A DNA stretch of 64,000 bases, from the NCBI GenBank assembly GCA_964618505.1, contig CAZUBH010000003.1, forward strand, positions 20,687-84,686, given 5' to 3'. A program made the translations under genes and the position numbers. Below, in pieces: positions 9,609 to 21,212 of the stretch. Position 1 is the first letter of the stretch. Each line of letters begins with the position of its first letter. The DNA is from an uncultured Thermoplasmatales archaeon (lineage in GTDB: Archaea; Thermoplasmatota; E2; DHVEG-1). The notes below the pieces were generated by a model. That model was not told the origin of the DNA and did not search any database. It saw nothing but the letters and a program-made list of their open reading frames with translations.

Positions 9609-10940
9609 ATGGTTTTAGACGGTCTGGGCAGTTCTTTAAGAAATACACTTAAAAAAATTGCAAATGCAACACATGTAGATTCAAAATTAATTAAAGAAGT
9701 AGTAAGAGACATACAAAGAGCGCTTTTGCAAGCTGATGTTAACGTAAAACTTGTTGTAGAGCTTTCTAAAAAAATAGAAAAACGAGCTTTAGAAGAAAAA
9801 CCTCCTTCTGGGATGAGCAATCGCGAGCACGTAATAAGAATTGTATATGGCGAGCTAGTAAATATTCTAGGCGATTCAAGAGAACTACCAATCAAAAAAC
9901 AGATAATAATGATGGTTGGTCTATATGGACAAGGTAAAACCACCAGTTGTGGAAAGTTAGCAAAATTTTTCAAAAAGAAAGGATTAAGACCTGTTCTAAT
10001 AGCTGGTGATGTACATAGACCTGCTGCTTATGATCAATTAAAGCAAATATCAGAGCAAGTTGAGGTTCCATTTTACGGCGATAAAAAAGCAAAAGATGCT
10101 GTTAAAGTCATAAAAGAAGGTCTTGATAAATTTAAAAGATCTTCGGACGTTATTATTGTTGATACTTCAGGTAGACATAAACTCGAAGATGAGCTAATAG
10201 ATGAAATGAAGAATATCTTTAAGGCAACAAAGCCTGATGAAAAACTGCTTGTTATGGATGCAGCTATGGGCCAGCAATCAGGACCTCAAGCAAAGGCATT
10301 TAACGATGCAATTGGAATAACAGGAATTGTACTTACTAAACTTGACGGTACTGCAAAAGGTGGAGGTGCACTTTCAGCAGCGTCCGAGCTTGGAGCCCCC
10401 ATTGTTTTTGTTGGAACAGGTGAACATCCGACAGATTTTGAAAAATTTGAGCCCCAGGGTTTTATTTCAAGACTTCTTGGAATGGGAGACATTAAATCAC
10501 TCCTAGAAAAAGCAGAAGAGTCAATGAAAGGAAAAGATGCTGAAAAAACTGCTAGAAGGTTGATGTCTGGAAAATTCAATCTAAATGATATGTATGAACA
10601 AATGGACATGATTTCTGGAATGGGGCCTCTTTCAAAAGTAGCTGAAATGCTTCCATTTGGTCAAAATGCAAAATTAAAGAAAATGGATATGGATGACACT
10701 CAAAATAAGCTTGCAAAATTTAGAGTTGTTTTAGATTCTATGACCAATGAAGAAAGAGAAAATCCAGATATTATTAAATCATCCAGAGTTAAAAGAATAG
10801 CAAGGGGCGCAGGTGTTGAAAACAAGGATGTCAAAGAAGTTCTAAAATATTATAATATGACAAAACGAATGATGAAAGGACTATCAGGAAATCGAAAAAT
10901 GCGTAAAAACTTAATGAGACAACTTGATTTTGGAAAATAA
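9609..10940 (+). CDS. srp54: Signal recognition particle protein SRP54
   Basis: ALLQADVN, GLYGQGKTT, DTSGRH, TKLDGTAKGGGALS, Met-rich M domain; start reassigned to ATG 9609 (MVLDGLG). Confidence 0.97.
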   Translation: MVLDGLGSSLRNTLKKIANATHVDSKLIKEVVRDIQRALLQADVNVKLVVELSKKIEKRALEEKPPSGMSNREHVIRIVYGELVNILGDSRELPIKKQIIMMVGLYGQGKTTSCGKLAKFFKKKGLRPVLIAGDVHRPAAYDQLKQISEQVEVPFYGDKKAKDAVKVIKEGLDKFKRSSDVIIVDTSGRHKLEDELIDEMKNIFKATKPDEKLLVMDAAMGQQSGPQAKAFNDAIGITGIVLTKLDGTAKGGGALSAASELGAPIVFVGTGEHPTDFEKFEPQGFISRLLGMGDIKSLLEKAEESMKGKDAEKTARRLMSGKFNLNDMYEQMDMISGMGPLSKVAEMLPFGQNAKLKKMDMDDTQNKLAKFRVVLDSMTNEERENPDIIKSSRVKRIARGAGVENKDVKEVLKYYNMTKRMMKGLSGNRKMRKNLMRQLDFGK

Positions 10941-10941
10941 A

Positions 10942-12273
10942 ATGATTTTTAAAAATTATGACCAGTTAATTTTGAATGGAAAGAGTCAAGATTTGCAGAA
11001 GAAAAGAAAGGATATTCTTGAAATATTTTCTGCAGCACTTGAATCAGTAAATCCATATGTTGCTGTACAAAAACATTTACAAAATAATATGATTGTTTTT
11101 GATGAGAAAAAAATTTCTTTATCTGATTTTAAAAACATATATGTTATTGGATTTGGAAAGGCAAGTGTTGGAATGGCGCAAGCAATTTGCGATTTTATTA
11201 AAATAAAAAATGGCGCTATAGTTACAAACGATCCTAAAGCACATCTTTCAACAGAAAAGATTGAAATTACAGTTGGTGGTCATCCAATTCCAGATGAAGG
11301 AAGTATCCAAGGAGCGCAAAAAATACTGGAAATTGCAAAAGATTGTAAAAAAAACGATTTATTAATTGTTCTTGTATCTGGCGGCGGTTCTGCGCTTTTA
11401 TGCCATCCAAGAATAAGCCTTAAAGATTTACAAAAAACAACAGACCTTTTGCTAAAAAGTGGTGCAGATATAAATGAAATAAACACAATTAGAAAACATC
11501 TTTCTTTTGTAAAAGGAGGTCAACTCGTAAAAGATGTTAATTGTAAGGTCATATCATTCATAATATCTGATATTATGGGAGATCCTCTCGATTTTATTTC
11601 ATCAGGACCAACAGTTGCTGACTCAACGACATTTCAAGATGCGGAAAATATTTTGGTAAAATATAACCTATATGAAAAAATTCCAGAAAAAGTTGTGCAT
11701 GTTATAAACGAAGGGCTTAAAGGAGTTATAAAAGAAACTCCAAAAAAAGAAAATCCTATTTTTAAAAATGTTTTCAACTTTATAGTTGCAAATAATGAAA
11801 TAGCATGCAAAGCAGCAGAAGAGAAAGCAAAAGAAATTGGCTATAATTCTAAACTTTTAGCCACGAATCTATCAGGTGAAGCAAAAGAAGTGGGAAAAAA
11901 GCTTATTTTTGAATCAGATAAAATAAACAAAAAACCTTTAGCAATAATTACTGGTGGAGAAACAACTGTTACAATCACTGGAAATGGAAAAGGCGGAAGA
12001 AATCAAGAACTTGTTCTTGGTATATTAGAAGATATTTCTCAAAAAAATATTGTTTTTGGCTCATTTGCAACTGATGGAATAGATGGTAAATCTGATGCTG
12101 CTGGTTCAATTGCCGATCAAAATTCATTAAAAAGAGCTGAAGAGCATAATTTAAATCCTATAAAGTTTTTAGAAGAAAATAATTCGTATCAATTTTTTTA
12201 TGAATTAAAAGACCTCCTTTTTACAGGACCGACAGGCACAAACGTTATGGATATTCAGGTCTTAATCAAATAA
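10942..12273 (+). CDS. Glycerate 2-kinase (MOFRL family)
   Basis: GFGKAS, GGHPIPD, SGGGSAL, GGETTV, GGRNQE, TDGIDG, TGTNVMD. Confidence 0.93.
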   Translation: MIFKNYDQLILNGKSQDLQKKRKDILEIFSAALESVNPYVAVQKHLQNNMIVFDEKKISLSDFKNIYVIGFGKASVGMAQAICDFIKIKNGAIVTNDPKAHLSTEKIEITVGGHPIPDEGSIQGAQKILEIAKDCKKNDLLIVLVSGGGSALLCHPRISLKDLQKTTDLLLKSGADINEINTIRKHLSFVKGGQLVKDVNCKVISFIISDIMGDPLDFISSGPTVADSTTFQDAENILVKYNLYEKIPEKVVHVINEGLKGVIKETPKKENPIFKNVFNFIVANNEIACKAAEEKAKEIGYNSKLLATNLSGEAKEVGKKLIFESDKINKKPLAIITGGETTVTITGNGKGGRNQELVLGILEDISQKNIVFGSFATDGIDGKSDAAGSIADQNSLKRAEEHNLNPIKFLEENNSYQFFYELKDLLFTGPTGTNVMDIQVLIK

Positions 12274-12342
12274 AAAATTTATATTCTTACTATAAATACC
12301 AAAATAATATAAAATATGATGAATATATAATAAAATCAGAAA

Positions 12343-12915
12343 ATGAAAAAGATAAATATTTATATTTCAATTATTGTATTCATTTTACTTGTTTTAACAT
12401 TTACACCTATTAAAAAATCCTTCTTAATTTCAAAAACAAACTTTAATGAAAATATAAAACCTGGAGATATCTTATTTTGTGAATGTAAAAATAAAGATTA
12501 TTCAATTTTTGGTTGGGATCATTGCAGTATTTACATAGGAAATAATGAATTTATAGAAGCTGTACCGGACAAAGGTGTTTGGATTACAAATTTTTCAGTT
12601 TATAGTACATGGGCTAAGAATTTTAGATTCGCATATGTAAAAGGAGTAAGTGAAAAACAAAGAAATGCGGCTGTAGATTTTGCAATGTCTCAACTAGACA
12701 AATCATACCAATACAAAAATTCATCTTTTTTTCATTTTATTGGATTAAGAAAGGATAATTCCTCGGAATCTAAAGAATGGTATTGTTCAGAGCTCGTTTG
12801 GGCAGCATATTATAACCAAGGAATTGATATAGACTTCAATAATTGGTTTTTTCCTAGAATGGTAAATCCTATTGATATTTCACTAGATATATTGGTTAGT
12901 ATGTACAAAATATAG
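12343..12915 (+). CDS. Permuted papain-like NlpC/P60 (YiiX/YebB-like) amidase/peptidase, secreted
   Basis: PGDILF, WDHCSIY, IEA, WYCSELVW (His precedes Cys, i.e. permuted); N-terminal signal/TM. Confidence 0.85.
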   Translation: MKKINIYISIIVFILLVLTFTPIKKSFLISKTNFNENIKPGDILFCECKNKDYSIFGWDHCSIYIGNNEFIEAVPDKGVWITNFSVYSTWAKNFRFAYVKGVSEKQRNAAVDFAMSQLDKSYQYKNSSFFHFIGLRKDNSSESKEWYCSELVWAAYYNQGIDIDFNNWFFPRMVNPIDISLDILVSMYKI

Positions 12916-13117
12916 ACATTAATCACAATATTTAATAAAACTAATAATAGATTTTTTTATATCATATACCAAGATAAACCTTATTTCAATCAAAATTACG
13001 TTCCAAAACTAATATATAAAGATTTGGAATAAAAATATTGACAACTATCGAACAATAAAGTATTTAAGTGTGTATATATAATATAAGGTTTATAAAATTA
13101 ATATAAGGAGATAAAAT

Positions 13118-16100
13118 ATGCGTCCAAAATATCCAGTTAGAGTACTGGCTATATTAGGAGTTATTCTACTAACTTTATCTTGTATAAGTTTTCCAAGTTC
13201 TGTTGCTGAAATAACTACTTATTCTGAAGACGGAGTTTGGATAAACACACTTTCAAATGAAAGTACAATTGATTTTGATAGTGACAAACTTATCATTTCC
13301 GATGGAGTTTTGCAATTTAATAAAACAGAAAGTGGAATATCATATGACTACAATGATTCAAACAATCACGAGGCCTTTGGGTATCAATTAAATTATTTGC
13401 AATTCGTTCTAATGAAACTTTTACCAATTCCAAGTTTAACATCACCAGATAGATTACTAGAAAACAAAGAGGAATTTAGTAAATTTTATGATTATCCAAG
13501 AATAAGATTTGATGACGATAAATTTGCTGAAACTCCAACAGATGGATTAAAAAATTATGCTGTTCAACATTTTAGATTTAAGCTTAATACAGATTATGAG
13601 TCTATTGGAAATCTAGATATATTGTGGAAAGGAGAAGCGCAAAACGATGAAAAAATTTTGATGCTCGTATATAAATATTGGCCTATGGCTGATAGACAAT
13701 TAGGATCTTGGCATCAAATAGATGAAACATCAGAAAATATGATGATAGGACAACTAAAAGATGATGAATCTTTAGATGCCTCTAAAGACCATGTTTCTGA
13801 TGACAATTATCTGGATGTAATTATTGTGGCGTATAGTTCGCTACTTGGATCATGCAAACTTTCAACAGATTATATTAAAGTGGTTTCAGAATCTGAAGAA
13901 GGTTACATTACAGGAACATCTATTGCTACAACTCATGACTCAATAAATCCAAAAGAAATCTCAGATACTTCTGAATTTTATTGGGATACTTTATCCTGGG
14001 AAGACTCTGAAAAATCCGATTCAAAGGTAAAATATCAAATATTAAGAAAAGGCGATGTAGCAACTAAGTGGATACCAGTTGAAGATGAATATTTGCCTGG
14101 AAACTCAGAAGGATTTACAGAGCCACCTGTTAATCTAAATTCAATTAATTCCGATCTTTACGATAAATTAAAAATCAGAATGAATCTAACTTCTGATAAC
14201 CCAAAATACACTCCAAAAGTTTTTGATTTAACACTTACTTGGCAAAATGATTTAAATAAATGGCAAGATAGTTTTGAATCAAGCGTTAGAATTGGAACGA
14301 AAAATAAAATTAAAGTAAATGATGGTCAAGTAATAATCAACCCAGTTAGTGGAGATTGGCCTACATTTGGTCAAAATGCAAGAAATATTAGAGCATCTGA
14401 TGGAAAAGGACCTGGCAGCAATGAACTGAAATGGTATGCTGAATTAAGCGAGCAAACTTCAGTAGTAAGCCCTGTTGTCTCTGGAGAATTTTTATATACC
14501 TTGCAAAAAGACTCTAAAAATCTATTCAAATATGATATTACTTCAGAACCTAATCCAGATTTTTTTACAATTGAATATCTAGAAAGTGTCGAACTTGGAA
14601 AAGTTTTGTATTCATCGCCAACTATTTATGGCGATTATTTAATTATTTCAACAGGAGCTACTTCATCAAGTGGCACATCAAATTATGTTTATTGCTTTGA
14701 AACAGACAATTTAGATAACTATAAGTGGAGATTCAAATACAATTCAGATACATGCTACTGGTCAAATCCTGTTGTAGAAAATGATATAGTTTACTTGTCT
14801 ACTTGGAACGGTGATATTCAGGCAGGGGATGGTAATAATAACTATAAATTATTTGCAATTGAAATTGACCAAGGACAAGGTTATGGTAATAACATAAATA
14901 ATGATGCGCTCTTATGGGAACAAAACCTTCCAGCAGATAGTTTTTCAACTCCTGCTGTGTATAATGATGTAGTATATGTAGGATGCCAAGAAGATAGTGA
15001 AAATAGTCTTTTTGCATTTGATGCAAATACTGGTGCCAATATATGGAATAAATCAATAGGTTCAATTGGTTTTGCATCTCCAGTAATATATGAAGAAAAC
15101 CTATTTATTGTAACAAGAAAAGCCTCTGGACTTGCTGCAACTGCTGAGGTTCTAGCAATAGATACAGTTGATGGTGGCTCATTATGGAATAAAACTATTA
15201 GTAGATCATTATCTACATTAAGATACACAAAATCTGATAATACACCTTCAATTTATAATGGTATTTTATATGTTTCGTCTCCAGATGGAACAATATATGC
15301 TTTAGATGTACTAGACGGAACTGAGAAATGGTCAACAAGTCTTTATGATGTTATTGATCTGCAAGGCGATATTGCAGGGGAACTGTTAACTTCATCAACT
15401 GCTTATGCTGATGGTAAAGTTTACGTAGGAACACCTGAAGGTAAATTTTATGCTCTTGATGCTGATGATGGAACAACAATATGGTCATTTAATGTAGCTT
15501 CATCATCAGAAACTGTTACAACATCTGCTGTTGTAACAAACGGATTTGCGTTTTTCGGAGATGAAAATGGTATATTGTATGCAATTGGTGATTACGTAGA
15601 ACCCGACAAAGAAATAGAAGGATATATGATTTCTGTTCCAATTAATCTCCCACAGAAAAAATGGTGGAATAAATTTTATGCACACTATAATGTAACTGAA
15701 GGTGAAAATAGTATCAATTTCAGCATTCTTGATGAAGATGGAGAATTTATTAGTAATATTCAAAATAAAACCAACATAAGTTTAAATGATATAGATCAAG
15801 ACAAAAAAAGAACTATAAGACTTAGAGCTGATTTTTATGCAAATAATTCTTCAGTAAACCCTGAACTTTTCAAATGGTATGTAACGTTTAAAGCTGATAA
15901 TAATGCTCCTGATTTTGTAGAGAATTCATTTACACCAAATCCAGAAGGATGGTCAAATGATCCTACCCCATTATGTTCAATTGATGTTTGGGATAATGGC
16001 ACAGGACTTGATATGAGTTCTGCAGAATACAAATTTAAATATAAAGAGAAAGACGGTGACGATACAAAAGAAAAAACTGGTAAATTAAATTATACTGGCG

Positions 16101-17314
16101 AAGATGGGAATAATTTTTCATATTTATCTGTTGATATATCTCAACTTGAAATTTCATCTGAAATTGACACTCTTATTGAAATATGGTTTAATATAACAGA
16201 TCTTGCAGATAATACAGCCACATTTCACAAAGCATTTAAACAAGACACAATAAAACCAACTTCAACAATATCAAATGATACAAACGGATCAGAGTTTAAA
16301 GTTGAACAAGTAAAAATAAATGTTACAGCTCAAGATCCAGGAGTTGAAGATGTTAATTCTAGTGGAATAGCATCCATTAAACTGTTTTATAGACATTCAA
16401 TATCTACAAGCTTTTCTGGCAGTTGGAAATCTTTCGGAGAAACTGCCATAAACGTAACCGAATACACTTGGAATTTTACAGCAGAAGAGGGCGGAGGCTA
16501 TTATGAGTTGATGACCCTTGCAACAGATGTAGCAGGAAATAATGAAAGCGATAAAGACGAAGGTGAAGTTAAATTTATAATGGACTCATTTGCACCGGAC
16601 AATCCTGATTATGATGATGAGATTTATTGGTTCAATGAAAGGCCTGAATTTTCATTTGATTTTGAAGATGATTTTAGACTTGATAAAATTGAGTATAGGC
16701 CAAGTTTTGAAACAATTTGGACAGTAATTGATGATAATATAGATGAAAGAGTATTTAGTGATAATTGGGAATTATCCGAAGAATTTTGGAATGAAATGCA
16801 AGAAGGAAATACTTATTACGTTTATTTCAGAATAACTGACTCTTTAGGCAATCAACTTCTAATTGAAAATACTGGTGATTCATTAAAACTAAGTAAAGAT
16901 GATTCAACACCCAATGTAAATATTAATGCACCCGGCTTAGACGTTGAATGGACATGGGAAGATAAATTTGAAATCGAAGCTTTTGTTGATGAGATTGGCA
17001 GTGGTCTTAAAAGCGTAGAATTGTACTATAGATATTCTAAAGATAATGATGATTGGAGCGAATGGGAAAAATATGGAGAAACTCTTACATCTACTCCTTT
17101 CAAATGGGATTTTGTAGCAGAAGAAGGTAATGGTTATTATGAATTTAAAATTATAGCAGAGGATGCTGCTGGAAATGTTGCAGAATCTGAAGTGTTTTCT
17201 ACAGGAATAAATTTACTTCCAATAGTACTTATCGCAGGATTTGTAGCGTTGATAATAGCACTGCTAGTAATATCTGTGATAATAATTTTAAAAATAAGAG
17301 TTAAGAAGAAATAA
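13118..17314 (+). CDS. Large cell-surface protein with PQQ-like beta-propeller repeats and C-terminal membrane anchor
   Basis: Signal peptide; repeated (S/T)P.V....VY.G.....YALDA..G...W units; D.AGN repeats; C-terminal TM plus basic tail. Confidence 0.85.
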   Translation: MRPKYPVRVLAILGVILLTLSCISFPSSVAEITTYSEDGVWINTLSNESTIDFDSDKLIISDGVLQFNKTESGISYDYNDSNNHEAFGYQLNYLQFVLMKLLPIPSLTSPDRLLENKEEFSKFYDYPRIRFDDDKFAETPTDGLKNYAVQHFRFKLNTDYESIGNLDILWKGEAQNDEKILMLVYKYWPMADRQLGSWHQIDETSENMMIGQLKDDESLDASKDHVSDDNYLDVIIVAYSSLLGSCKLSTDYIKVVSESEEGYITGTSIATTHDSINPKEISDTSEFYWDTLSWEDSEKSDSKVKYQILRKGDVATKWIPVEDEYLPGNSEGFTEPPVNLNSINSDLYDKLKIRMNLTSDNPKYTPKVFDLTLTWQNDLNKWQDSFESSVRIGTKNKIKVNDGQVIINPVSGDWPTFGQNARNIRASDGKGPGSNELKWYAELSEQTSVVSPVVSGEFLYTLQKDSKNLFKYDITSEPNPDFFTIEYLESVELGKVLYSSPTIYGDYLIISTGATSSSGTSNYVYCFETDNLDNYKWRFKYNSDTCYWSNPVVENDIVYLSTWNGDIQAGDGNNNYKLFAIEIDQGQGYGNNINNDALLWEQNLPADSFSTPAVYNDVVYVGCQEDSENSLFAFDANTGANIWNKSIGSIGFASPVIYEENLFIVTRKASGLAATAEVLAIDTVDGGSLWNKTISRSLSTLRYTKSDNTPSIYNGILYVSSPDGTIYALDVLDGTEKWSTSLYDVIDLQGDIAGELLTSSTAYADGKVYVGTPEGKFYALDADDGTTIWSFNVASSSETVTTSAVVTNGFAFFGDENGILYAIGDYVEPDKEIEGYMISVPINLPQKKWWNKFYAHYNVTEGENSINFSILDEDGEFISNIQNKTNISLNDIDQDKKRTIRLRADFYANNSSVNPELFKWYVTFKADNNAPDFVENSFTPNPEGWSNDPTPLCSIDVWDNGTGLDMSSAEYKFKYKEKDGDDTKEKTGKLNYTGEDGNNFSYLSVDISQLEISSEIDTLIEIWFNITDLADNTATFHKAFKQDTIKPTSTISNDTNGSEFKVEQVKINVTAQDPGVEDVNSSGIASIKLFYRHSISTSFSGSWKSFGETAINVTEYTWNFTAEEGGGYYELMTLATDVAGNNESDKDEGEVKFIMDSFAPDNPDYDDEIYWFNERPEFSFDFEDDFRLDKIEYRPSFETIWTVIDDNIDERVFSDNWELSEEFWNEMQEGNTYYVYFRITDSLGNQLLIENTGDSLKLSKDDSTPNVNINAPGLDVEWTWEDKFEIEAFVDEIGSGLKSVELYYRYSKDNDDWSEWEKYGETLTSTPFKWDFVAEEGNGYYEFKIIAEDAAGNVAESEVFSTGINLLPIVLIAGFVALIIALLVISVIIILKIRVKKK

Positions 17315-17325
17315 TCTAACTCTTT

Positions 17326-20151
17326 TTATTCTATAAATATTGCTGGTCTTAAAGGAACTGAGTATCTTGTTTTATTTGCAGGATCGTAAATTTTTTCATC
17401 ATCAGAGCCAAATATCTCAATTTCACATGAAAAAATAGAATTGATATAATTTATAGCACTGTTCAAATAAGTTTTTTCGTCAAATTCAATCATATATTTT
17501 TCTTTATCTGAATCGCTTAGTTTTTTGATTTCTCCAGGCAACTTTCCTACAAATTGAGATACTTCTTTTGCTTTTGATTTAAGATTTGAATCTGCCATAG
17601 CTTCTTTCATTAAAATGCCAATGTTTAACTTGTTTTCTTCGGAAAGTTCAATTGATTTTCTATAAATTTCGTTTTTCCATTTTGGAGAAGTATAAATTAT
17701 AATTTTTTTAGGGGAAATTTTTGTAACTTTTAATATCTCATTTATGTCGTCAACAACCTTAGATAATAAATATTCTCCAATTTCGTCTTTTTTTGATATC
17801 TTTTTTAAGTCAAGCTTAGGATAATTTTCTTCTGAAACGAAATCTTTAAATTCAAATAACATGCCAATTTCTTCAGAAATATGTGGAGTAATAGGTAACA
17901 TTAATTTAATCCAGGCTTTTAGGAACTCTTCTATTACTTTTGGGTTTTCTCCATTTCTTTTTAGATACCATTGTATATCTTTAGCCATATCAAAATAGAT
18001 TTCATTTGCTGCAATTCTCAAATCAAAATTATCAAATGCATCAATAATTGATTTTATTCTTCTCTGAAGAGAGCTTATTAGCCAATTATCCAAATTTTTA
18101 TTTTCTTGACCATTTATTTTTTTGAGTTCAAATGCAGTATTATATATATTTGTAATTTTTTTCTTATATTTTGTTACTGCCTCTGCATCCCATTCAATAT
18201 CAACAAAAGGAGAGCCAACATGAGTATAATAAAGTCGCATAGCATCTACGCCATAAGTTGTAGCTGCTTCTAAAATAGGCTCTGCACCGCCTTTTGATTT
18301 GCTAATTTTTTCCTTTCCTTTTTGCGTTACCCACCAATGTACAAAAATGCCCTTTGCTCTTTTTTGCTCAGGCATTATTGCTACATGATTCATTAAATAA
18401 ACTGGAAAATGTACCGTTTTATGCTCTTTGCCTCCAAGATTAATATCTACTGGATACCAATAGTCAAATTCTGATTTTATATCCTCCCAAATATTGTCTT
18501 TGGGCTTTCCCTTGCCAAGAAATACATAGTCAAAAAATTCAACAGTCATATCTTCTTCTGAAATTTTATCTTCGTTTACAAATTTTGAAATTGTATAATA
18601 GGCAGGGTAAAGAGTAGAATCAGATATTGGTTCTATAACCCAACCTTTTTTGAAAGGAAATTCTGTGCCTAGCCAAGAACCCTTTCTAATTACTGCTCTA
18701 TCATCAAACCAGTCTAAAACTTTAGGTAATTCTGATTTATAATCTTCTGGATATATATTCATTTTTGAAACAAAATCTTTTGAGTTTTGTGTAAGCTTCT
18801 CATCACTGTATTTTATAAACCATTGATCTGGAATTTGTTTAATTACAACATTTGATTTACATCTACAGACGACTTGTTCAGAAAATTCTCTCATTATTGT
18901 AGCATGACCTTTTTTTATTAAATCATTTTTAACTGTATCTTTTATTTCAGAAATTTTTATGCCAGCATATTTGTCACATTTGCTGTTTAATTTGCCTGTA
19001 TGAAATTCTTTTTTGTAAATAATATCCGTTGCCTCGTCAAGTTTTGCTTCTTCAGTTTGAGATTTAATGCCTAATATATCGCATACTTCTTTTGCTGGAT
19101 TTTCTTTAAAATCTTTAACATCAATTATTGTAATTGGCTCAATATTTGATTTTGATTCAACAAGTGCAATCCAATCATAGGGTGCATGTGCTGGTACAGA
19201 CATTACAATTCCTGTTGCAACATTGGGGTCTGCAAAAACTCCAGAGAGTATGGGAATTTCTCTATTGGTCTCAGGTATTATACAAGTATTTCCGACTAAA
19301 TCTTTACCAGGTATTTTTTCATTTAGAGTCTTTATTTCACCAATTTGATAAGATAATTTTTCAATGCATTCTTTTGAGCAAATCCAAGTTTCCCCGTTTA
19401 CATTTACTTTTTCATAAGTAATATTAGGATTTACCCACATGTTTGTAACACCGAAAATGGTTTCAGGTCTTAGTGTTGCGGCAGGAAGTATTGTCCCATC
19501 TTTTAACTTGAATTTAATAACAGTGAATTCAAGTATTTCTGAAGATCCACCAGAAGATACATCAGTTTCTGACTTATCAACAGCAACAGGGCCACAATTG
19601 GGGCAAAAAGGTGCAAAATGTGGTTTTTGAATTAAAAGATTTAAATCATTTAATTTATGAAATTGCCATTCTATGAATTTATTATATCCTTTTGAAATGG
19701 TATTCATTATTCTTGAGTAATCGATTAAAAAACCAAATCTTTTCCAATAATATTCAACATATACTTTTGAAAAATATTTTACAACCTCGTAAGGATCTTT
19801 TAACTTTTCAATTAGTTCTTCAGAGCACCCATTTTGTTTTAAAAGTTTGATGGTGTATTTATCTTTTCTTTCAACTTTTTTTGCAAAACCTACTGAGGGA
19901 ATACCTGAAGCATGAAAACCAGCAGGAAATAAAACGTCATATCCCTGCATTTTTTTATATCTGGAAATTACATCACAATAAGTAAAACCTCTCATATGCC
20001 CGACATGCAGATAACCAGAAACTCCAGGGTATGCAAAATGTATGAAAAATTTCTTCTCTTTTGATTTTTGAGCTATATTGATTTTTGAATCAAACCATTT
20101 TTTTTGCCATTTTTTTTCAATTTCAACGTAATCGTAGTTTTTTTGGGACAT
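17326..20151 (-). CDS. leuS: Leucine--tRNA ligase (archaeal type)
   Basis: YLHVGH (HIGH), ATLRPET, GIVMSVPAHAPYD, KISKS (KMSKS variant), RPAIFIE C-terminus. Confidence 0.95.
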   Translation of the reverse strand: MSQKNYDYVEIEKKWQKKWFDSKINIAQKSKEKKFFIHFAYPGVSGYLHVGHMRGFTYCDVISRYKKMQGYDVLFPAGFHASGIPSVGFAKKVERKDKYTIKLLKQNGCSEELIEKLKDPYEVVKYFSKVYVEYYWKRFGFLIDYSRIMNTISKGYNKFIEWQFHKLNDLNLLIQKPHFAPFCPNCGPVAVDKSETDVSSGGSSEILEFTVIKFKLKDGTILPAATLRPETIFGVTNMWVNPNITYEKVNVNGETWICSKECIEKLSYQIGEIKTLNEKIPGKDLVGNTCIIPETNREIPILSGVFADPNVATGIVMSVPAHAPYDWIALVESKSNIEPITIIDVKDFKENPAKEVCDILGIKSQTEEAKLDEATDIIYKKEFHTGKLNSKCDKYAGIKISEIKDTVKNDLIKKGHATIMREFSEQVVCRCKSNVVIKQIPDQWFIKYSDEKLTQNSKDFVSKMNIYPEDYKSELPKVLDWFDDRAVIRKGSWLGTEFPFKKGWVIEPISDSTLYPAYYTISKFVNEDKISEEDMTVEFFDYVFLGKGKPKDNIWEDIKSEFDYWYPVDINLGGKEHKTVHFPVYLMNHVAIMPEQKRAKGIFVHWWVTQKGKEKISKSKGGAEPILEAATTYGVDAMRLYYTHVGSPFVDIEWDAEAVTKYKKKITNIYNTAFELKKINGQENKNLDNWLISSLQRRIKSIIDAFDNFDLRIAANEIYFDMAKDIQWYLKRNGENPKVIEEFLKAWIKLMLPITPHISEEIGMLFEFKDFVSEENYPKLDLKKISKKDEIGEYLLSKVVDDINEILKVTKISPKKIIIYTSPKWKNEIYRKSIELSEENKLNIGILMKEAMADSNLKSKAKEVSQFVGKLPGEIKKLSDSDKEKYMIEFDEKTYLNSAINYINSIFSCEIEIFGSDDEKIYDPANKTRYSVPLRPAIFIE

Positions 20152-20206
20152 ATTTGCTATCTTTTGGGAAATAAAAGATGATTTATATAACGTTTCTGTA
20201 AAAAGA

Positions 20207-20974
20207 TTATTTGATTTCTTTTTTTATAATATTTTCAAATCTTCTGGCAGATATGTAGTGATCGGAAAGCAATTTTTTATTATAAATTAAATTAAATGTC
20301 GAATATAATGAAGGGGCATTTTGTGCTTCTTTGGGCATTTTTAATTCTTTAATATTAAGTTTTAAATTGTGTTTTTTTGCAATATCACTAAGTTCTTTAA
20401 TAGAGCGGGCAACCCACGGACATTGATTTGAATAAAGTATATGTAAACCAGAATAATGTTCAAGTTCGCTTTTCCAATCTTTAAATTTTGGTTTTGCTCC
20501 GTCTTTAATAGTTTTAATCATAAGATTAAATGGTTTTTGTTCCTCAATTGATTCAAATTTATTTTTTAAAAAAATATCTTTGCTTGCCATAAAAGATCCC
20601 TCACTCGAGATTGTTGCAACACCCAATTTTCCTTGTTTTTCAGCATCTTTAATGCAGTCTTCAATTAAAAAAGAGCCATAACCTTTATTTTTTTGTTTAT
20701 TTGGAGAAATCCATATGCAATGAATAAATAGATAGTTTTTTGCTTCTACTGCCCTCCATGCAAATTCACCAGGCACATATTCAATAAAACCAATAGGTTT
20801 CTTTTCTTCTTTTAAGTATAGATGTTTTATTGTCATTCCTTCCGATAGCCTTTTTTTAAGCCAATCAAGTTTTATGAGGTGTCCTTCATTTTTTGGATTT
20901 AAAAAACAAGGACAACCATATGTTTGAATATTGTCTTTATCAACCTTTATTATCTCTATATTACTATTCATCAA
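20207..20974 (-). CDS. GNAT acetyltransferase with YoaP-like C-terminal domain
   Basis: GFIEYVPGE..WR, IHCIW, KGYGS, YSNQCPW, AQNAPS. Confidence 0.8.
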   Translation of the reverse strand: MMNSNIEIIKVDKDNIQTYGCPCFLNPKNEGHLIKLDWLKKRLSEGMTIKHLYLKEEKKPIGFIEYVPGEFAWRAVEAKNYLFIHCIWISPNKQKNKGYGSFLIEDCIKDAEKQGKLGVATISSEGSFMASKDIFLKNKFESIEEQKPFNLMIKTIKDGAKPKFKDWKSELEHYSGLHILYSNQCPWVARSIKELSDIAKKHNLKLNIKELKMPKEAQNAPSLYSTFNLIYNKKLLSDHYISARRFENIIKKEIK

Positions 20975-21099
20975 AAAATATTAGATTAAATTATCTTAAT
21001 AAAATTTATCTATATGAAAATTGTCAAATTGATATTTTGCTAAAAAATATTTAAATATAAAGAATCACAGAGTATAACATATACAATTCGGTGAGTTAA

Positions 21100-21210
21100 T
21101 TGAAGATAGTAAACGAAATTAAAGGTCAAAGAGAAGTTGATGATATAAAAATGACCATGAAAATATTTTTTTTAACAAAAAGAATTAAAAATCTTCACAA
21201 AAAGAAATAG
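21100..21210 (+). CDS. Unannotated 36-aa microprotein, convergent with CBS gene
   Basis: TTG start after GGTGA SD; MKIVNEIKGQREVDDIKMTMKIFFLTKRIKNLHKKK; 11/36 ungapped identity to 57845-57955. Confidence 0.55.
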   Translation: MKIVNEIKGQREVDDIKMTMKIFFLTKRIKNLHKKK

Positions 21211-21212
21211 TT